Shown: piece by piece, positions 26,460-36,000 of the stretch
Layout of the letters: every line of letters starts with the position of its first letter
How positions within the stretch are numbered: the stretch's first letter is position 1
Position numbers and translations under genes: made by a program
Assembly (NCBI GenBank): GCA_035507575.1
Contig: DATJNY010000029.1
Coordinates: 20,067-84,066 of the forward strand
DNA length: 64,000 nt
Source of the DNA: Thermoplasmata archaeon
GTDB taxonomy: Archaea > Thermoplasmatota > Thermoplasmata > Lutacidiplasmatales > UBA184
Direction of reading: 5' to 3'
Notes under the pieces: generated by a model
What the model saw: the letters and a program-made list of their open reading frames with translations, nothing else
Told to the model about the DNA's origin: nothing
Database searches by the model: none

Positions 26460-27332
26460 GTGCCGCTCCCGATCGGCCTGCCGATCGTCGATCACCACTG
26501 CCATCTTTCTCCCGCCGGGGAGGGGGTCGCCGCCGCGAGACGGTTCCGCGCCGCGGGGGGCACGCACCTCTTTCTCGCGACGCAGAACTACGGGCCGGGC
26601 CCCGCGGTCACTCTCGAAGACTATCGGAGGCAGTTCGACACGACGGAACGGCTCGGCCGGCAGGTCGAAGCCGAGGCCGGAGTCCGCGTCTACCTCGTCG
26701 TCGCGCCGTACCCCATCGACCTGATCGGAGCGTCGGCGGCCATCGGCCCGGAAGCGGCATTCGCGGCCCATGCCGAGGCGCTCGAACTCGCGGGCGCATG
26801 GGTCAAGGAGCGGCGCGCGGTCGCGCTGGGCGAGGTCGGACGCGCCCACTTTCCGGTGGCGGCGCCGGCCCAGGAGCTCCTCGAACGGGCCCTGCAGAAG
26901 GCGTTCGAAGTCGCCCGCGACGTCGGCTGTCCGATCGTGTTCCACTCCGCCGACCTCGAGCCGTCGGATTTCCTCGCGCTCGCGGCCTTCGCGCGCGCGG
27001 CCGGCGTTCCGGCCGGCCGGGTGGTGAAGCACTTCGCGCGGAAGCGATGGACCTCCGAGGAGTACGCCGGCATCGTGCCGTCGTATCTCGCGCGACGGGA
27101 GCTCGTCCGTGAGGTGCGCCCCGACCCCGGACCGTGGTTCCTCGAGACCGACTTCCTGGACGACCCGAAACGACCCGGGGCCGTGCTCGACCTCGCGACC
27201 GTCCCCCGTCGAGCGGCCGCCTGGTCCGCGGAGGGTGAGGCGATGTCCGAGCGCCTGCGCGTCCCGTTCGTGGAGTCGGTGCGGCAGGTCTATGGCTTCG
27301 AGCCCGAACTGACCGGAGGGCGACCGCGATGA
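26460..27332 (+). CDS. TatD-related metal-dependent hydrolase (archaeal COG1099-like)
   Basis: It has an N-terminal IVDHHCHL, a TIM-barrel hydrolase-like spacing of H/E/D residues, and VFHSAD. Confidence 0.65.
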   Translation: MPLPIGLPIVDHHCHLSPAGEGVAAARRFRAAGGTHLFLATQNYGPGPAVTLEDYRRQFDTTERLGRQVEAEAGVRVYLVVAPYPIDLIGASAAIGPEAAFAAHAEALELAGAWVKERRAVALGEVGRAHFPVAAPAQELLERALQKAFEVARDVGCPIVFHSADLEPSDFLALAAFARAAGVPAGRVVKHFARKRWTSEEYAGIVPSYLARRELVREVRPDPGPWFLETDFLDDPKRPGAVLDLATVPRRAAAWSAEGEAMSERLRVPFVESVRQVYGFEPELTGGRPR

Positions 27333-27967
27333 CGAAGCGACGCGGGCGGCTGATCGCCGTCGAAGGGATCGACGGGGCGGGAAAGTCGACGTTCGTCCGA
27401 GCCTTCGCGAACGGTCTCCGGCGCCGCGGCTACTCCGTGGGAGTGCGGCGCGAGCCGGCGGACCCGCTGCTGGGCCGGTTGGCCCAGGCTTCGAGCGTCC
27501 AGGATCCCTGGCTCGGCGGCGTCTACTTCACCCTCGACCGACTCCTCGCCCGCCCGGAGCTGGAGCGCGATCTCCGCCGCCACCACGTCGTCGTGCAGGA
27601 CCGATCGCTTTACTCGACCCTCGCGTACCAGGGCAGCGCCCTCGGCGCCGGTGCCGCGCGTCGGCTCGCCCAGCTGCAGCGCTCGGCGACCGTGCTCCCC
27701 GACCGCGTCGTGCTCCTCGACATCGACCCGACGGAAGCGGGGCGGCGCGTGGGGTTGCGTTCCCGGACCCGTTCCCCCCTCGAGCGACTCGCGATCCAGC
27801 GTCGCGTGCGACGCGCGTACCGCCGCCTGGCCCGAGGTCCGTCCTGGATCGTGCTCGACGGTCGCCGCCCGATCGCCGAGGGCGTCTCGGAAGCGCTCCG
27901 TCGGCTCGGGGGGACTTTGACGCGTCCGCCGCGTAGGCGGGGTCGGTCCCGGCGACGGCGAACCTGA
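27329..27967 (+). CDS. tmk: Thymidylate kinase
   Basis: It has a LIAVEGIDGAGKST P-loop and a DRSLYSTLAYQG segment. It overlaps the previous gene by 4 nt (ATGA). Confidence 0.8.
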   Translation: MTKRRGRLIAVEGIDGAGKSTFVRAFANGLRRRGYSVGVRREPADPLLGRLAQASSVQDPWLGGVYFTLDRLLARPELERDLRRHHVVVQDRSLYSTLAYQGSALGAGAARRLAQLQRSATVLPDRVVLLDIDPTEAGRRVGLRSRTRSPLERLAIQRRVRRAYRRLARGPSWIVLDGRRPIAEGVSEALRRLGGTLTRPPRRRGRSRRRRT

Positions 27968-27998
27968 TATTGCCGAGTCCGGTCCCCCCGAAACCTCG

Positions 27999-29156
27999 AT
28001 GAGCGCCCCGGCGAAGATCCTCGTGCGCGAGGAGACCCTCGATCCGTCGTTCCTCCCCCCTCGGCTCGTGCACCGCGAGTCGGAGCTCGGGCTGCTGACG
28101 AAGCGATTTCGCGAAGCGCTGGGGAAGGGCCTCCCTTACCACTTCCTGCTGACCGGGGGGGTCGGGAGCGGCAAGACCGCGCTGGTGCGGCGGCTCGGCG
28201 CGGATCTCGAGCGGGCCGGTCGGTTCCACGACCTCGCCGCCCGGGTGATCTACGTGAATTGCTGGCGCCGCGCGAGCGACCGAACCGTGATGCTCGACCT
28301 GCTCCGGGGGGTGAAGGTGTCGCTCCCGGATCGCGGGTACAGCCTGTCGGAAATGCTCGACGTCTTCGAGCAAGGGATCCGGCGCGCGCCGCAGCACCTC
28401 GTCATCCTCCTCGACGAGGCGGCGGCCCTCGTCAAGCAGGAGACGAAGCTCGTCTATCTCTTGTCGCGCTCGCGCGAGGTGGAGCTGGGCTCCATCTCGC
28501 TCGTCCTGGTCGCCGCCGAGGACCTCTTCCCGTTCCTGGATGCGCCGAGCCGCTCGAGCTTTGGCGTGACCCATCGGCTCGCTCTCGCCCCCTACGATCG
28601 GGCGGCGCTCGTCGACATCCTCGAGGAGCGCGCCCGGATCGCGCTCCGGCCCGGGAGCGTCGACCGCGACGTGCTCGAGCAGGTCGCGCGCGTCGCCGCC
28701 CCCAACGGCGACGCGCGGTTCGCCCTCGAGATCCTGACGGGGGCCGCTCACGCCGCGGAGGACGCGAACTCGGAGACGGTCGAGCCCGAGCATGTCCGCC
28801 GCGCGAAGGGGTCGCTGCTGCCGACGATGTCGGAGTCCCACCTCGAGGAGCTCTCCGTGAACCAGCTCGGCGTGCTGCTCGCGCTCGCTCGGTCGCTGAA
28901 GCGCAAGGGCGTCCTCGTCCCGAGCCAGAAGCTCCGCGCCACCCACGCGGCACTCGTCGAGGAGCTCGGCGCGCCGGCGATGAGCCGCACGACCTTCTGG
29001 CGCACGCTGAAAGAACTCGAACGGGACGGCCTGGTGACGCTCGACGCCGGGGCGTCGGGGGAATCGAGCCAGGTCGGCATGGACGAGTTGCCGGCGAGTT
29101 TGCTCACCACCCTGCTCGAAGAGCGCACCGGTGGCGCCCGGGCTCGTAAACCCTAA
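27999..29156 (+). CDS. cdc6: Orc1/Cdc6 replication initiator
   Basis: Motifs: ...LDPSFLPPRLVHRESEL..., Walker A LTGGVGSGKTA, Walker B VILLDEA, and a C-terminal winged helix (...TFWRTLKELERDGLV). Confidence 0.9.
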   Translation: MSAPAKILVREETLDPSFLPPRLVHRESELGLLTKRFREALGKGLPYHFLLTGGVGSGKTALVRRLGADLERAGRFHDLAARVIYVNCWRRASDRTVMLDLLRGVKVSLPDRGYSLSEMLDVFEQGIRRAPQHLVILLDEAAALVKQETKLVYLLSRSREVELGSISLVLVAAEDLFPFLDAPSRSSFGVTHRLALAPYDRAALVDILEERARIALRPGSVDRDVLEQVARVAAPNGDARFALEILTGAAHAAEDANSETVEPEHVRRAKGSLLPTMSESHLEELSVNQLGVLLALARSLKRKGVLVPSQKLRATHAALVEELGAPAMSRTTFWRTLKELERDGLVTLDAGASGESSQVGMDELPASLLTTLLEERTGGARARKP

Positions 29157-29180
29157 GACGAGCGTCCGGGTCGGCGCGTC

Positions 29181-30098
29181 GTGGCAAGCGGGCTCGTACC
29201 GGTTCGGCCGCCACTGTCGGGAGATCGACTACCGGAGTGGATCCGGACCCGACCGCCTCAGGGCCCCCTTTACCCCGAAGTTCGGTCCCTGCTGGACCGG
29301 CTCGCTCTGGGCACGGTCTGCCGGGAGGCGCGGTGCCCGAACCTCCCCGAGTGCTGGTCGGCGGGCACGGCGACCCTGATGCTCCTCGGAACGGAGTGCA
29401 CCCGCCGCTGCGGATTCTGCGCGGTGACGACCCACTGGCCGAACGGGGCGGTCGACGCGACCGAACCGGCCCGCGTCGCGGAGGCGGTGCGGGAGTGGGG
29501 CCTGCGGTACGTCGTCCTCACCCAGGTCTGCCGGGACGACCTCCCCGACGGCGGAGCCTCGGTCCTCGCGGAGACCGTGGGTCGGATCCGCGCATCGGCA
29601 CCGGGCGTGCTCGTCGAGCTCCTGATCGGCGATCTCGCCGGAAACGAAGCGGCGCTCGCGACCTTGCTCGAACACCCGCCCGACGTGCTCGCGCACAACC
29701 TCGAATCGGTGCGCTCCGTGTCTCCGAAGATCCGCGACCACCGGGCGGGGTACGACCGCTCGCTCGAGGTCCTCCGCCGGGCGCGAAGAGTCGGTGGGCC
29801 CGCCCTGGTCACGAAGAGCTCGATCATGGTCGGGTTGGGGGAGACCGAGCCCGAGATGCGCCGGGCGTTCCAGGACCTGCGGGCGGCCGGGGTGGACCTC
29901 CTGACCCTGGGTCAGTACCTGCGGCCCGGTCCTGCCCACCTCCCCGTCGCCCGGTTCGTCCCGCCCGAGGAGTTCGAGAGCTGGAAGTCGGAGGCGCTCC
30001 GATCCGGGTTTGCGGGCGTCGAGGCCGGGCCCCTGGTCCGCTCCTCCTACCACGCCGAAGAGCTATATCGCCGGGCGCTCGGCACCCGCGGAGGGTGA
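29181..30098 (+). CDS. lipA: Lipoyl synthase
   Basis: The auxiliary cluster motif is CREARCPNLPEC and the radical-SAM motif is CTRRCGFCAV. The C-terminal segment is RSSY. Confidence 0.9.
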   Translation: MASGLVPVRPPLSGDRLPEWIRTRPPQGPLYPEVRSLLDRLALGTVCREARCPNLPECWSAGTATLMLLGTECTRRCGFCAVTTHWPNGAVDATEPARVAEAVREWGLRYVVLTQVCRDDLPDGGASVLAETVGRIRASAPGVLVELLIGDLAGNEAALATLLEHPPDVLAHNLESVRSVSPKIRDHRAGYDRSLEVLRRARRVGGPALVTKSSIMVGLGETEPEMRRAFQDLRAAGVDLLTLGQYLRPGPAHLPVARFVPPEEFESWKSEALRSGFAGVEAGPLVRSSYHAEELYRRALGTRGG

Positions 30099-30101
30099 TC
30101 G

Positions 30102-30467
30102 ATGGCGAAGAAGGCCCGTCGCAAGCTCGAAGAGGAGGAGGAACAGGCGTTCGAGTTCCCCGTCTTCGATGAAGAGACGTTCGCGACGAAGGAGTTCGAG
30201 CTCGGCGGGGGCCTGCTCGTCGCGGGCCTGCTCACGCTCGGGATCGGCCTGTTCTCATGGGGCCTTTCGCTGGCCGGCCTCACCGTGTGGATCCCGCTCG
30301 GCCTCGGGATCCTGATCGTGGCCGCGAGCCCGTACCTGGTGCGCCGGCTGCGCGAGCGCTCCTCGCTGTACACGACGGGGGACTGGGCGGGCCTGATCGC
30401 GATGGAGTTCTTCGGCTGGTTCGCGCTCTGGTTCCTGCTGCTCGATCTCGTCCCGCTCGGCCACTAG
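30102..30467 (+). CDS. Hypothetical small membrane protein (acidic N-terminus, 3-4 TM helices)
   Basis: It is 121 aa, lies 3 nt after the lipA stop, has hydrophobic helices and high GC3. Confidence 0.55.
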   Translation: MAKKARRKLEEEEEQAFEFPVFDEETFATKEFELGGGLLVAGLLTLGIGLFSWGLSLAGLTVWIPLGLGILIVAASPYLVRRLRERSSLYTTGDWAGLIAMEFFGWFALWFLLLDLVPLGH

Positions 30468-31873
30468 CGCGGGGCGAGCCAGGGAAGTCGCTTTCCGAGC
30501 AGCTCCCGCAGGGCCTCCCCGAGCGCCGGGGAATCGGGGGCACCGGCGAGCGGCCAGACCTCGACCCGCGACGCGTCGGAGGGGGTGAGATCCTTGCCGA
30601 GGGCGAGCCGTGGGAGGAGCGACCGAATGACGGATTCGAGGTCCCGTTCGGTACGCCGCGTCTCGACCGCTAGGCTCCCGTCGGGACGCACGTACGGCCC
30701 CTGGAGCACCGGGGCGTCCGGCGCGGTCCACTTTTCGAGGAAGTGTCCGACCCGGTCGAGCCCGGCCGGCGGGCCATCCTGGGGCCGGACCGCCGGGCGG
30801 TGGGAGTGCCCCACCTCGATCAGAATGAGGATCCGATCCGGGCCCGCGACGCTGGCGGACCCGAGGAGCGCGAAGTCGGAACGTCGAACCTCCTCCGCGA
30901 TCGCCCGTTCCGCCTTGCGGACCTGCGGGTAGAGCGTATCGTCGACGAGATCCGGCCGGGGCACCCCGACCACGGCGACATGGCTCGCGCGCTCCTGTAG
31001 CCGCGCGAGCGCCTCGGCTCGGGAGAGCAGGGTGCGCGTCGGGAGGTCGAACCAGCGCACGTGGGGAGCGTCGAGGTAGGCGCCGGCGGCGAGGACGAGC
31101 AGGGCGAGATTGCGTCGGGAGAGGGCGCTCGCCACGTTCCGGTGGGGGTCGACGGGATCGGGCAGGATCAACGCGACGTCCGCCGGGAGCCGGGGGGGTT
31201 CCGCACCTCCTTCGACGAGCCGGACCGGTACGCGCCAGCCGCGGGCGGCGGAGAGGAGGCCCCGCAGGGAGCCGAATCGGAGCACCAAGAGCTCCACGAG
31301 GTATCCCGAAAGCCCCTCGGTCTTCGCCTCGGAGCCGTACACTCCGAGGGCCCGAAAGAACTGCTTCGCGAGACGGACCTGCACGACGAGCTCCGGGGTC
31401 TCGCGAGCCGCGAGGTACGCCTGGTGGAACGGCGTGCGGTCCACCGGCGAGAGGGGGTGCGCCGGGTCCTCGACCGCGAACCCGGGCACCGCGTCGACCC
31501 GGAAGCCGTCGAACTCCCCCCGGAGGTACGGGTGCTCGGCGTACCGGGTCTCGGGGTTCGTGAGGATCGCCCGGCCGAGCGCGAGGCCTTCCTCGCGGAG
31601 CCGCTCTCGCGGCAGGTCGGGGGGGAACAGCAGGAACAGGTCGACGTCCAGACGGTCGGCGAGGTAGGTCCCCCGGGCGGCACTACCGGCGACGAGCGCG
31701 CGGACGAGGGGGCTCTGACGGGCTCGGGCGGCCTCGACGACCCGCTCGACCAGGGCCTCCCGCACCCGATCGACCTTGGCGACGAACTCCGGGCTGGGTG
31801 CGAGTCGACGCGCGACCTCGGACTCCACCCGGTCCGCCTCCGCGGCGGCGGTCGACGGAGGGCGGTCGGTCAT
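30464..31873 (-). CDS. cca: CCA-adding enzyme (archaeal class I tRNA nucleotidyltransferase)
   Basis: Motifs: ...LVAGSAARGTYLADRLDVDLFLLFP..., ...AEHPYLRGEFDGFRVDAVP... I placed the start at ATG 31873 (469 aa). Confidence 0.85.
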   Translation of the reverse strand: MTDRPPSTAAAEADRVESEVARRLAPSPEFVAKVDRVREALVERVVEAARARQSPLVRALVAGSAARGTYLADRLDVDLFLLFPPDLPRERLREEGLALGRAILTNPETRYAEHPYLRGEFDGFRVDAVPGFAVEDPAHPLSPVDRTPFHQAYLAARETPELVVQVRLAKQFFRALGVYGSEAKTEGLSGYLVELLVLRFGSLRGLLSAARGWRVPVRLVEGGAEPPRLPADVALILPDPVDPHRNVASALSRRNLALLVLAAGAYLDAPHVRWFDLPTRTLLSRAEALARLQERASHVAVVGVPRPDLVDDTLYPQVRKAERAIAEEVRRSDFALLGSASVAGPDRILILIEVGHSHRPAVRPQDGPPAGLDRVGHFLEKWTAPDAPVLQGPYVRPDGSLAVETRRTERDLESVIRSLLPRLALGKDLTPSDASRVEVWPLAGAPDSPALGEALRELLGKRLPWLAPR

Positions 31874-31898
31874 CCGCCCTCCGGACGCCGCCGGGAAG

Positions 31899-33035
31899 AT
31901 GAACCTTCGGCTCGAGGGAGGGGGAGCCTTCAAGCGGTTCCGCGCGGTCGTACGTTCTCGCGAAGCCGTGTCCGCTGCGGTCCCCCACCCTGCATCGCTC
32001 TTCGAACCGCTCGACGGCGGAAAGGTCCGGTGCACCGCGTGCGCGCGGTACTGCACGATCCCCGAGGGTTCGCACGGTTTCTGCTTCGTCCGAAAGAACG
32101 AGCGGGGTCGGCTCGTCCTGCTGTCCTACGGGCGGGCGGCGGCGACGCAAGTCGACCCCGTCGAGAAGAAGCCGCTCTCCCACTTCCATCCCGGGGCGCG
32201 GGTGTTCTCGATCGGCACGGTCGGCTGCAACTGGCGCTGCCTCTACTGCCAGAACGCGGAGATCTCGCAGGAGCACGAGGTCACGGGACGCCCCCTCTCG
32301 CCGGCGCAGGCTGTGGGGGGCGCCCAACGGTACGGCTGCGCGGGGATCACGTTCACTTACAACGAACCGACGATCTTCCTCGAGTATGCACTCGACGTGG
32401 CGCGGGCGGCCCGCTCGGCGGGGCTGTTCACGAACTTCGTGACGAACGGCTACATGACCCCCGAAGCGGTCGAGGTCCTCGGGCCCAACCTCGACGCCGT
32501 GAGCGTCGACTTCAAGGGCAGCGGCGAACCCGGGTTCATGCGCAAGTTCATCACGGCCAAGGGCCCGGAGCCGATCCTCTCCACGATGCGGGACCTCAAG
32601 GACCGGGGCGTGCACGTCGAGGTGACGGATCTCATCGTTCCTCGGGTCGGGGACTCCGTGGACGCGACGCGGAAGCTCGCGCGCTACGTCGTGGACGAGC
32701 TGGGGCCGGCGACCCCCTTCCACCTCCTCCGGTTCCATCCGGATTACAAGATGATGGACCTGCCCGAGACGCCGATCGCGACGCTCGAAGGGCTGCATGC
32801 CGTCGCGAAGGAGGAGGGGCTCGAGTACGCGTATCTCGGGAACGTCTGGGGGCACCCGCTCGAGCACACGTACTGCCCGGCCTGCGGGGCGATCGCCGTG
32901 CGCCGCTTCGGGTTCACGATCCAGGCGTGGAATCTCGATGCGGGCAACCGATGCCGGGCGTGCGGGCATGCCCTCCCGATCGTGGGGAGCCTCGCCGAGG
33001 ATTACGTCCCGACGTTCGCGACGCCCGTGGCGTAG
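31899..33035 (+). CDS. AmmeMemoRadiSam-system-type radical SAM enzyme (PflA-like activase family)
   Basis: Motifs: KVRCTACARYCTIPEGSHGFCFVRKN..., the radical-SAM cluster GCNWRCLYCQN, and the C-terminal cysteines YCPACG...CRACG. The start is uncertain (ATG 31899 or downstream). Confidence 0.8.
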   Translation: MNLRLEGGGAFKRFRAVVRSREAVSAAVPHPASLFEPLDGGKVRCTACARYCTIPEGSHGFCFVRKNERGRLVLLSYGRAAATQVDPVEKKPLSHFHPGARVFSIGTVGCNWRCLYCQNAEISQEHEVTGRPLSPAQAVGGAQRYGCAGITFTYNEPTIFLEYALDVARAARSAGLFTNFVTNGYMTPEAVEVLGPNLDAVSVDFKGSGEPGFMRKFITAKGPEPILSTMRDLKDRGVHVEVTDLIVPRVGDSVDATRKLARYVVDELGPATPFHLLRFHPDYKMMDLPETPIATLEGLHAVAKEEGLEYAYLGNVWGHPLEHTYCPACGAIAVRRFGFTIQAWNLDAGNRCRACGHALPIVGSLAEDYVPTFATPVA

Positions 33036-33046
33036 GCCCCGTCGCC

Positions 33047-33070
33047 GGGGAAAAAGGGGAAAGGAAAGGG
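33047..33070 (-). terminator. Pyrimidine/oligo-T tract downstream of the surface-protein gene (CCCTTTCCTTTCCCCTTTTTCCCC on the minus strand)
   Basis: It is the only T5 run in this GC-rich convergent gap, about 30 nt after the TAA stop, next to a 5-bp GC hairpin. Archaeal terminators are typically oligo-T. Confidence 0.35.
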
Positions 33071-33082
33071 TTCGGCGGCGCG

Positions 33083-36000
33083 TTACGGCGCGGGCGGCGG
33101 GGACGCGGTACTTTCCGACTGCTCGTCCCACTGCGCGGGGGCGCTGCTGTGCCCTTCCGGGGCGCCTCCCTCGGTCGTCGGGGTAGGACCGGTCCACGGG
33201 GCGGCAGGGGGCGGGGACTCGCCCCGACGGCGCGTCAGCACCGCGAGGAGCGCCAGCACGAGGGCGATCACCGCGATCACCAGCGCGACGATGAGCCAGG
33301 TGTTGAACGTCGACGACGTCACGAACGAGGTCGTCGAGCTCGACGCGAACGCGGCACCGAGGTTCCCCGGCGCACCGTTCACCACCACGTTCCCGGTCCC
33401 GCCGGACACCGTGTAGCCCGAGGGAGCGCTCACCGAGTACGCGTAGGTCCCGTTGGGGACGTACCAGGTCAACGACGCACCCGAGGTCGACTGCGTGACC
33501 CCGTTGACCGTCGCGGACCACGTGACCCCGGGGGCGAGACCGCTCGCCGAGATCGTCACCGCATAGGTGACCTGCGTGAACGCGATGAGGATCGCGTACC
33601 CGCTCGCCGTCACCGTGACCGTGCCGCTGGACGGCGACGCCGTGTAGCCCGCGACGGCCCCGACCTGGTAGCTGAACGTACCGACCCCCGAGGCGAACTG
33701 GATCGTCGAGCCCGTCGAGTTGCCCGCGATCCCGCCGAAGACGGCGTTCCACGCCGTGCCCGCGGGCAGTCCGGTCTCCGTCAGGGTGACGGTCGTCGCC
33801 GGGCTGAACGCCAGCTCGACCGCGACGTCGCCCGTTGTCCCCGTGGCGACCGAGCCGGACGACGGGGACGCCGTGAATCCGGGAACGGCGCCCACGGTGT
33901 AGGCATATGTCCCGGACGTCGCCGCGAACACCATCCACGCGTTGGCGCTCGACTGGGTCGCCCCGTCGAAGGTCACCGACCAGGTCGTGCCCGCGGTGAG
34001 CCCGTCCTCGTAGAACCAGACCGCCGTCTCGTTCGCCGGCGCGTAGAGCGGGTAGTAGTCCCAGTTCTGGTCGCCGACGTAGTACGGGTTCAGCGTCCCC
34101 TCGGTGTTCCAGGAGTGCCAGTCGGCCCAGTAGTTCCCCGTGTACGGCTCGACGGGGCTGTTGAACGAATTGTAGCAGTCCCCACAGCCGTAGCCGCTGT
34201 AGGCCTGGATGTGCGCCGCGCTGTACGTGTCGGTCGCGCCGTTGTCCCCGATGAACGTCGAGCCCCAGACGTAGTTGTACTCCGAATCCCACAACGAGAC
34301 CCCGTAGCTGGTGTCATCGATGAAGCTCGAGCCGAGGAGGTCGTTCTCGTAGGTGTCGACCTCCCACACGCCGAGCCAATCGTGCGAGGAGCTCACGCCG
34401 TTGAGGTACGCGTACTCGGTGAAGTTCAGGACGACCCCGTAGAAGTCGGCGGTCGACGTCAGCCCCTGCAGGTAGATGCTTCCCGGGTAGTAGCCGTCGC
34501 CGGAACCCGCGTCGTAGAGACCGATCGGATAGTTCGACACCGCGACGTTCGAGATCTGCAGCTGATACGTCTCCTCGGTGTAGACCGCGGCGATCGGCGG
34601 CGTCCCTCCCCACGCGTCGGAGTAGAAGCCCCACGGCATGGAGGTCGTCGCGTTCGTGGCCGTGACCCCGGTGATGTCGATCTCCCCGGATTCGTAGACC
34701 CAGACCCCGATCGAGAGATCGGAGACCGTGACCCCGGAGATCTGCAGGTGGGTGGACGGCCAGTAATACTCGTCGTCCAGCGGGAGGATCTCGACGCCCA
34801 CGGACAGACCCGTCGCGGAAACGTCCGAGACGTTGTCCCACGAGGAGCCGTCGATCTCGACGCCGATGGCCTGGTCGCTGGCGCTGACCCCGGAGATCGT
34901 CACACCGATCGAAGGGTCGATCACGAGTCCGATCGCCCCGTCGGCGGCCGAGACCCCGGAGACCGTCGTATGGGGAGAGTCGGTCAAGTATACCCCGTAC
35001 GCATAGTCGCCCGCGGCCACCGTAGCGATCGAGCCGCCGGGCGAGTCCACGAACTCGACGCCGTAGGTGCCCGAATTGTCGGCGGAGACGTCCGCGACCG
35101 AGGTGCCCGGGGTATCGGTCGCTTCGACGCCCGTCGAGTCGAGCTCCGCGGTAACCGTGGAGACCGAGACGCCGGTCGAGTCGCTCGCGAAGACGCCGTG
35201 AGCGTCTCCGTCCGCGAGCACGTCCGTCACCGACACCGTCGCCGAGTCCTCGACGACGAGCCCGGCCGCGCCCTCGAGCGCGACGAGTCCGTCGATGGTC
35301 AGTCCGACCGAGCCCTCGTCCATCTCAACCCCGAGCGAGTCGTCCCCGCTCGCGTTGACGTCCGTGATGCGCGTGTGGTTCGACGCGTCGATCTCGACGC
35401 CCAACGACGCCTCCGTGACGTTGACGGTGGTGAACGTGCTCGACGACGTCCCGTAGTCGAGGCGCACGCCGAGCGACTCGTCCGTCGAGGTGATCCACGA
35501 GAACGAGTTACCGGTCGTGTCGTACGAGGCGATTCCCCCGCAGTAGAGATCGTTGTAGCACTCGTCCTGCGAGTCGCTGACCACGACATCCGTCACGGTC
35601 GCTCCCGAGGTGTAGTAGAGATTGATCCCGATGTAGTCGTCGATGACCGCGGCGTCCGAGAACGAAATCGCGCCGGTCTCGTAATCCAGCTCGAAGCCAA
35701 ACTCGTTCCCGCCGTCGTAGAGGTCCGTCGCCGAGAAGCCGCTCCCGCCGCCGAAGACCACGCCTCCGTAGGCGTCCTCGATGTCGGCGTCGCTCACGAC
35801 CACGTTGTTGACGTCGTCGCCGAGAACTCCGAAATCCCAGGGGTAGAGGATCGTGATGTCCGTGAGCGTCAGCCCCGTCGAATCAAGGACGTAAACCTCC
35901 GCGGCACCATCCTCGTACCAGCCCGTCGACGTGAGTCCAGTGACGGTCGTGTCGGTGGCGTTCCACGCCGAGATCGCCCCAGCATCGTAGACCCACGTGT

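Noticed and set aside
27968-29180. A replication origin directly flanking orc1/cdc6.
   Set aside because: The flanking gaps are only 31 and 24 nt, and no ORB-like repeats or AT-rich unwinding element were seen. The origin call is rejected, and the absence is noted as a finding.
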